DNA of 64,000 nucleotides from NCBI RefSeq assembly GCF_054482595.1, contig NZ_CM137008.1; one strand, 5' to 3'. Shown piece by piece: positions 57,995 to 64,000 of this stretch (position 1 is its first letter; each line of letters starts with the position of its first letter). The notes under the pieces were generated by a model. It saw only the letters and a program-made list of their open reading frames with translations, ran no database searches and was not told where the DNA came from. The position numbers and the translations under genes were made by a program.

Positions 57995-58321
57995 TTATTT
58001 GTTATTACTGCGAATTTCCTGCCAGACCTTATCACAATCGGCTTTCACCGCCTGATCATTTCCGGTTTGCGTTGCACGCAGACACTGCTGATAATCCAGT
58101 ACGCGGACACTTTCCTGGTCGGCAAACTGCTGATGTTGTTTCTCTTTCTTCAGCACGTTTAACACGCTCTGGCAGGCTTCAATTTTTTCCGGCGAACCTT
58201 GTGCGGTGTTGATACAGGCGCTGTATGCCTCTTTCAGACGGCTGTCTTCCTGTGGCGCGGTTGATTGCGCACAAGCTACCAGCCCCGATGCCATCATGGC
58301 GATGAGAATCAGTTTTTTCAT
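57995..58321 (-). CDS. chiQ: Lipoprotein ChiQ (YbfN)
   Basis: 108 aa, signal peptide with lipobox LVAC (MKKLILIAMMASGLVAC...). Confidence 0.9.
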   Translation of the reverse strand: MKKLILIAMMASGLVACAQSTAPQEDSRLKEAYSACINTAQGSPEKIEACQSVLNVLKKEKQHQQFADQESVRVLDYQQCLRATQTGNDQAVKADCDKVWQEIRSNNK

Positions 58322-58370
58322 AGCAAATTCCTCAAACGTGCGGCAGGCACAAAACCTGCCGCGTCGGGCA

Positions 58371-59777
58371 TCAGAAGATGGTGAATGGTGCGATTACCAT
58401 AAATTTCACGTCACGCTCATCCTGGAAGATGTTGCCGTAACCACCGCCCCAGCTTGGGATGTCGGAGTGGTTGTCGTATTCGGTGAAGTGCAGTTTGAAC
58501 ATCGTGCCTTTGGCGCGACCGTCCTGAATGGTGTAGACCGCATCCAGGCTGTAGGCAGACTCTTCAATAGTCCGGTTTTTGTCGTAGTACGCATCCGGAT
58601 TGCTCTGCCAGGTCGCAGGTTTAGCATCCCATGCGTAAACGTAGGAAGCGCCGATGGCGAAGCCTGGAAGATTCCAGTTTTTCAGGTCATACATCGCACC
58701 GAAGAAGACCGCTTTTTCGCCGTTGGCGTTGAAGTCAGAACGGTTATCCCACCAGATATCCAGGCGACCGTTCGAAGAAGCGTAGGTTGGAGTCATACGT
58801 TGCAGGAAGTATCCCTGCTGACCGTCAGCTTTAACCCAGGTGCCTTCGAGACGCAAATCCACTACGTCAGCCGCCCGGTAACCAAAGGTCAACGCTTGCA
58901 GCCAGGCGGTGCCGTCATAAAGATCGTTGACGCTGCGATCGTCAACTTTATCGCGGGTACCGTAGAACTGGTAGCTGGTGGTTAACGGGCTACCGGCGAT
59001 ATCAAATTTGTAGCTGGCTTTGGCAAAATATTGATCGATATACCCTTCTGCCTGACCAAATGCCGCTTCCAGTACGAAGTTATTTTTGAAGTCGTATTTC
59101 GCCCCAAGGGAGTGCAGATAATCAACTTTGGTGGTTTTATCGTTCTGATAAAACTCATCCATTTCCAGATGCCACGGTGCTTTGTATTCGTTGGTCCACA
59201 TGTAGGAGAAACTCAACGCACCAGCATCGCCGTAATCAAAATTCGCTCCGGCTTCCGCACCCTGATAAGTACCCGGCATAAAGCTCCAGTGAGGCGCTAA
59301 CAGCGTCTGACCGGTTGGCTGACTATAACCTGCCCTCGCCCAAACCGGACCGTATTTAAATTTGGCCGCAGCTTTATACAGGCTTATACCGCTTTTGTCG
59401 CCGGACCAGTCTTCGTCATAGGCTTTATTACTTTTTGAAAACGCGATTTCGTTCGGGTGAGAGCTGTCGCCGTTTTCCGCCATTTCAATCGCCGTAAACG
59501 CAGCAATATCAAGGCCGAACATATCAGCAGCATAACCGGACTGAAAATCGAGGTTGGCATTCCAGGTGGAGTGAGAAAGGTTGGTTTTGTATTTGTCGCC
59601 GTCGGTAACATCTTTACGGTCGCGTTCACGCTGCCAGTAATATATACCGCCGGTTAAGGTTGAATCGTCGATGAATCCTTCGGCGCGAGCCTCCGGCATT
59701 GCCATAAAGCCCGACATTGCTGTAACACCGGCGATAGCCAGCGCCAGCGTACTACGTTTGCCACTAAACGTACGCAT
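58371..59777 (-). CDS. chiP: Chitoporin ChiP (YbfM), OprD-family outer-membrane porin
   Basis: 468 aa, signal peptide, aromatic-rich beta-barrel composition, C-terminal ...IAPFTIF. Confidence 0.93.
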   Translation of the reverse strand: MRTFSGKRSTLALAIAGVTAMSGFMAMPEARAEGFIDDSTLTGGIYYWQRERDRKDVTDGDKYKTNLSHSTWNANLDFQSGYAADMFGLDIAAFTAIEMAENGDSSHPNEIAFSKSNKAYDEDWSGDKSGISLYKAAAKFKYGPVWARAGYSQPTGQTLLAPHWSFMPGTYQGAEAGANFDYGDAGALSFSYMWTNEYKAPWHLEMDEFYQNDKTTKVDYLHSLGAKYDFKNNFVLEAAFGQAEGYIDQYFAKASYKFDIAGSPLTTSYQFYGTRDKVDDRSVNDLYDGTAWLQALTFGYRAADVVDLRLEGTWVKADGQQGYFLQRMTPTYASSNGRLDIWWDNRSDFNANGEKAVFFGAMYDLKNWNLPGFAIGASYVYAWDAKPATWQSNPDAYYDKNRTIEESAYSLDAVYTIQDGRAKGTMFKLHFTEYDNHSDIPSWGGGYGNIFQDERDVKFMVIAPFTIF

Positions 59778-60133
59778 GGGTTAATCCTCTTTGACGTATA
59801 AATTGCTGCACCAAAGGTGAACAGCGAAAAAAAATAAAAATTAAAAAAGTAGCGTTGAGAAAAGTCTCGCTGACTACAGGAACAGACTATTTTTCGCGAC
59901 GCGAATTATCAATCTCTTTCTGTAACCAGAATGTAAGAACATGAGCAACCGCACATATTTTGATGATTTTTGTTACAAGGCTTAAGTTTGCGGTTGAAAG
60001 GCTTGCAGAAGAATAAAAGCGTGAAATTCCAGCAAGATGAAAGCGGTTACATTTTATTTAATTATGTTTTGTGATTTTAAATTTATTTTATGGATAAATT
60101 GCGAAGCGGAATTAATTCGTGAAGAAAAGCAGA

Positions 60134-60156
60134 AAAAAACGCCGCAGACCGCGGCG
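60134..60156 (-). terminator. Intrinsic terminator downstream of glnS (minus strand)
   Basis: Plus-strand aaaaaaacgccgcagaccgcggcgttt; on the minus strand this is a GC hairpin followed by U7. Confidence 0.7.
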
Positions 60157-60180
60157 TTTGGGATTGTTTGCATGTCTCTT

Positions 60181-60350
60181 GCCGGATGCGGCGTGAACGC
60201 CTTATCCGGCCTACAAAAGCACGCAAACTCAATATATTGCAGAGATCATGTAGGCCTGATAAGCGTAGCGCATCAGGCAATTTAGCGTTTGAAACTGTTT
60301 GTCTGTTCCTTGCCGGATGCGACGTAAACGCCCCATCCGGCATAGCGAAA
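60181..60350. repeat. REP/BIME palindromic elements in the glnS-chiP spacer
   Basis: gccggatgcggcgtgaacgccttatccggcctac, gtaggcctgataagcgtagcgcatcaggc, gccggatgcgacgtaaacgccccatccggc. Confidence 0.85.
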
Positions 60351-60357
60351 CTTAAAA

Positions 60358-62022
60358 TTACTCGCCTACTTTCGCCCAGGTATCACGCAGCCCAACGGTG
60401 CGGTTAAATACCGGTTTTTCCGCCGTAGAATGGCGGCTATCGAGGCAGAAGTAACCTTCACGCTCAAACTGGAATGCTTTACCCGCTACCGCATCTTTCA
60501 GCGACGGTTCAGCAAAGCCCTGTTTGATCACCAGCGATTCCGGGTTAATCACCGACAGGAAATCATCCGCAGCACCTGGGTTAGGCACGCTGAACAGACG
60601 ATCATACAAACGGATTTCAACCGGCAGCGCATGTGCCGCGCTCACCCAGTGAATAACGCCTTTGACTTTACGACCATCAGCCGGATCTTTGCTTAAGGTG
60701 TCGGCGTCATAAGTACAGAAGATGGTGGTGATATTACCTTCGGCATCTTTCTCGACGCGTTCTGCCTTAATCACATAAGCATTACGCAGACGCACTTCTT
60801 TACCGAGCACCAGACGTTTGTACTGCTTGTTAGCTTCTTCGCGGAAATCGGCGCGATCGATCCAAATCTCACCGCTAAACGGCACCTGACGGCTGCCCAT
60901 TTCCGGTTTGTTCGGATGGTTCGGCATGGTAACCATTTCGCCTTCGCCCTGATAGTTTTCGATAACCAGTTTCACCGGATCGATAACCGCCATTGCGCGC
61001 GGCGCATTTTCGTTGAGATCTTCACGGATGCAGGATTCCAGCGACGCCATCTCAATGGTGTTGTCCTGCTTGGTCACGCCGATGCGTTTGCAGAACTCAC
61101 GAATAGAAGCCGCAGTGTAACCACGACGACGCAGACCGGAAATGGTCGGCATACGCGGGTCATCCCAGCCTTCAACGTGCTTATCGGTCACCAGCAGGTT
61201 CAGCTTACGCTTGGACATCACAGTGTATTCCAGATTCAGGCGCGAGAACTCATACTGGCGCGGGTGAACAGGAATGGTGATGTTGTCCAGTACCCAGTCG
61301 TACAGACGACGGTTGTCCTGGAACTCCAGCGTACACAGAGAGTGCGTAATACCTTCCAGCGCATCGCTGATGCAATGGGTGAAGTCGTACATCGGGTAGA
61401 TGCACCACTTGTTGCCAGTCTGGTGGTGTTCAGCAAATTTAATGCGGTACAGCACCGGATCGCGCATCACGATAAACGGTGAAGCCATGTCGATTTTCGC
61501 ACGCAGGCAGGCTTTACCTTCTTCAAAACCGCCGGTACGCATTTTCTCGAACAGCGCCAGGTTCTCTTCAACGCTACGGTCGCGGTACGGGCTGTTTTTA
61601 CCAGGCTGCGTCAGGGTGCCGCGGTATTCGCGGATCTGTTCCGGCGTCAGTTCATCAACGTACGCCAGGCCTTTATTGATCAGTTCGATCGCATAGGCGT
61701 GGAGCTGATCAAAATAATCGGAGGAGTAACGGACGTTACCAGACCAGTGAAAACCTAACCACTCAACGTCGTTTTTGATCGAATCGACATACTCGATATC
61801 TTCTTTTACCGGGTTAGTGTCGTCGAAACGCAGGTTGCACTGGCCTTTATAGTCCTGGGCGATCCCGAAGTTCAGGCAGATAGATTTCGCATGGCCAATA
61901 TGCAGATAGCCATTCGGCTCCGGCGGGAAACGGGTGTGTACTGTGGTGTGCTTACCACTGGCCAGATCTTCATCGATGATCTGACGGATAAAGTTAGTCG
62001 GGCGGGCTTCTGCCTCACTCAT
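60358..62022 (-). CDS. glnS: Glutaminyl-tRNA synthetase
   Basis: 554 aa, [53 protein letters not shown]..., HIGH and (V)MSKR motifs. Confidence 0.98.
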   Translation of the reverse strand: MSEAEARPTNFIRQIIDEDLASGKHTTVHTRFPPEPNGYLHIGHAKSICLNFGIAQDYKGQCNLRFDDTNPVKEDIEYVDSIKNDVEWLGFHWSGNVRYSSDYFDQLHAYAIELINKGLAYVDELTPEQIREYRGTLTQPGKNSPYRDRSVEENLALFEKMRTGGFEEGKACLRAKIDMASPFIVMRDPVLYRIKFAEHHQTGNKWCIYPMYDFTHCISDALEGITHSLCTLEFQDNRRLYDWVLDNITIPVHPRQYEFSRLNLEYTVMSKRKLNLLVTDKHVEGWDDPRMPTISGLRRRGYTAASIREFCKRIGVTKQDNTIEMASLESCIREDLNENAPRAMAVIDPVKLVIENYQGEGEMVTMPNHPNKPEMGSRQVPFSGEIWIDRADFREEANKQYKRLVLGKEVRLRNAYVIKAERVEKDAEGNITTIFCTYDADTLSKDPADGRKVKGVIHWVSAAHALPVEIRLYDRLFSVPNPGAADDFLSVINPESLVIKQGFAEPSLKDAVAGKAFQFEREGYFCLDSRHSTAEKPVFNRTVGLRDTWAKVGE

Positions 62023-62224
62023 CGTGGATTCCTCAAAGCGTAAACAACGTATAACGGCGTATGATCTTATAAGCGGGACAGGCTGACAACTGTTAGTTAG
62101 TGAAAATCGAAAATCTCACTGAGATTATGGGGATGATTGATGAAAAAAAAAGCGGCAGAGAAGATCTCCACCGCTTGTCATTGTTGGATGCGACGCTCAA
62201 GCGTCGCATCAGGCATAAAGCAGA

Positions 62225-64000
62225 TTACTTTTTGATTTCATACAGCGGTGTTTGACCCGCCACAACATGGCCCTGAGCTTTAATGATCAAGCCACTGAAA
62301 TCGTCGATATTACTGCAAACCACTGGGCTAATCATCGAGCGGGCGTTAGCGTTCAGGTAATCCAGATCCATTTCCAGAATCGGTTGTCCTGCGCTTACCT
62401 GCGCGCCCTCTTCCACCAGACGTTTAAAGCCTTTACCTTCCAGCGCTACGGTGTCGATACCCATATGGACGACGATCTCCGCACCTTTTTCGGTTTCCAG
62501 ACAGAACGCGTGGTTGGTGTTGAAGATTTTCACGATTGTCCCTGCGGCTGGTGATACGACGATTTTATCTGTCGGTTTCACCGCCACACCGTCACCCACC
62601 GCTTTGCTGGCGAATGCTTCGTCAGGAACCTGATCCAGTGCCACGACATCACCGGTAATCGGCGATACCAGCTCCGCGATAGATACCGCGTTTGGTACAG
62701 CCTGCGGTTTTGCTACAGGAGCGGTAGTTGCCGGAGCAGTTTCAGCAGAGGCAGCTGCTACCGGACCGCGGGCAACGACTTTCTTCATCGCATCGCCGAT
62801 GGATTCTGCTTTCGCGCCAACAATCACCTGAATAGTCTGTTTGTTCAGTTTTACTACCCCAGAAGCCCCCAGACGTTTACACATCGTATCGTTAACGCGG
62901 GCAGAGTCAGCCACGGTAAGGCGCAGACGGGTGATACAGGCGTCAATTGCTTTCAGGTTGTCAGTGCCGCCAACCGCAGCAATATAGTTGGTCGCCAGTT
63001 GATTGAGGCCTTCTTCAGTGTTGCTGTTGGCTTCTTCAGTAACGATCTCGTCTTCTTTATCTTCACGACCCGGCGTTTTCAGGTTGAACATGCGGATAAC
63101 CAAACTGAACACCACGAAGTAGATAGCGAAGAAGACAACACCCATAACCAGCAGCATCCAGACGTTCTGGCTGGCGGCCGGCAGGTTATACATCAACGCG
63201 TAGTCGATAGCCCCCGCAGAGAAAGAGAAGCCGGCATGGATACCCAGCAGCGTTGCCACAAACAGGCTGATACCGGTCAGCAGTGCGTGCAGGAGGTACA
63301 GCAGCGGAGCAAGGAACATGAACAGGAATTCCAGCGGCTCAGTCACACCGGTCAGGAACGCAGTAACAGCAACAGAAAGCAGCATCCCGCCAACCATCGG
63401 ACGACGCTCTTTCGGTGCTGCGAAGTACATCGCCAGCGCCGCACCCGGCAGGCCGAACATCATGATCGGGAAGAAGCCGGACATGAACATCCCCGCGGTG
63501 CCGTCACCAGCGTAGAAACGGTTGATGTCGCCGTGGAAAACCGTACCCGCCGCGTTGGTGAATTCACCAATCTGGAACCAGGCGATGGTGTTCAGCACCT
63601 GATGCAGACCGGTTGGGATCAGCAGACGGTTGATGAAACCAAAGATACCGGAACCCAGCGCGCCCGCAGAAACGATCCACTCGCCGCCTGCATGGATAGC
63701 GTGCTGTACCGGCGGCCAGACGTAACCAAAAATGGCCGCCAGCACCAGACAGAAGAAGCCGGTGGCGATCGGCACAAAGCGTTTGCCGCCGAAGAAGCTC
63801 AGGAAGTCCGGCAGTTTAATATCGGACCAACGGTTATAGGCTGCGCCACCAACCAGACCGGTAATGATACCCGCCAGTACACCCATGTTAATTTCTGGGT
63901 TGATGGTCACCATCGCTTTGGTTAACACAAAGTAACCTACCGCACCCGCCAGCGCCGCCGCACCTGCGCTGTCTTTCGACCAGCTGGATGCCACACCGAT
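62225..64000 (-). CDS. nagE: PTS N-acetylglucosamine-specific EIICBA component, 5'-truncated by the window edge
   Basis: About 590 aa visible with EIIC membrane domain, EIIB and a C-terminal EIIA (...GQTPLYEIKK); the N-terminus lies beyond nt 64000. Confidence 0.9.
   Translation of the reverse strand: MGVASSWSKDSAGAAALAGAVGYFVLTKAMVTINPEINMGVLAGIITGLVGGAAYNRWSDIKLPDFLSFFGGKRFVPIATGFFCLVLAAIFGYVWPPVQHAIHAGGEWIVSAGALGSGIFGFINRLLIPTGLHQVLNTIAWFQIGEFTNAAGTVFHGDINRFYAGDGTAGMFMSGFFPIMMFGLPGAALAMYFAAPKERRPMVGGMLLSVAVTAFLTGVTEPLEFLFMFLAPLLYLLHALLTGISLFVATLLGIHAGFSFSAGAIDYALMYNLPAASQNVWMLLVMGVVFFAIYFVVFSLVIRMFNLKTPGREDKEDEIVTEEANSNTEEGLNQLATNYIAAVGGTDNLKAIDACITRLRLTVADSARVNDTMCKRLGASGVVKLNKQTIQVIVGAKAESIGDAMKKVVARGPVAAASAETAPATTAPVAKPQAVPNAVSIAELVSPITGDVVALDQVPDEAFASKAVGDGVAVKPTDKIVVSPAAGTIVKIFNTNHAFCLETEKGAEIVVHMGIDTVALEGKGFKRLVEEGAQVSAGQPILEMDLDYLNANARSMISPVVCSNIDDFSGLIIKAQGHVVAGQTPLYEIKK

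Noticed and set aside
62999-63925. 308-aa ORF antisense to nagE, and similar antisense frames in sucB (13011-13910), sucD (10760-11428), kdpB (47583-48458), chiP (58206-58985), ybgQ (25257-26006) and the DUF1446 gene (4260-4916)
   Set aside because: All are nested opposite well-supported genes and have arginine/histidine-rich, domain-free translations.

Overview
This window reads as an Escherichia coli chromosomal segment (reverse-complement orientation relative to the usual K-12 map) running from a B12-dependent glutamate-to-mesaconate catabolic island, through sucDCBA-sdhBADC / gltA, the ybgDQPO fimbrial operon, abrB, nei, pxpACB, ybgI, dtpD, phr-ybgA, an RhsC element with an H-rpt transposase, ybfA, kdpFABCDE, pgm-seqA, ybfF, ybfE, fldA-uof-fur, chiQ-chiP and glnS, to the 3' part of nagE. 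Gene calls rest on the supplied ORF translations, which I recognise by family or by recalled E. coli protein sequence; no searches were run. The most interesting part is the accessory island at 1..~10530. It encodes glutamate mutase (GlmL partial, GlmE), methylaspartate ammonia-lyase, a class I fumarase/mesaconase, a dedicated cob(I)alamin adenosyltransferase, a glutamate/dicarboxylate symporter and a LysR regulator. Inside the same translationally coupled operon sits a DUF1446 (AtuA-like) / DUF4387 gene pair of unknown function; I propose it as the missing downstream enzyme of the pathway. Other points worth a second look are the RhsC C-terminal toxin tip with an overlapping signal-peptide immunity gene, a small secreted-protein ORF killed by an in-frame TAA, and two apparent synteny differences from K-12 (kdpE directly abutting pgm; no ybfB/ybfO after rhsC). 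No tRNA, rRNA or CRISPR array was seen.
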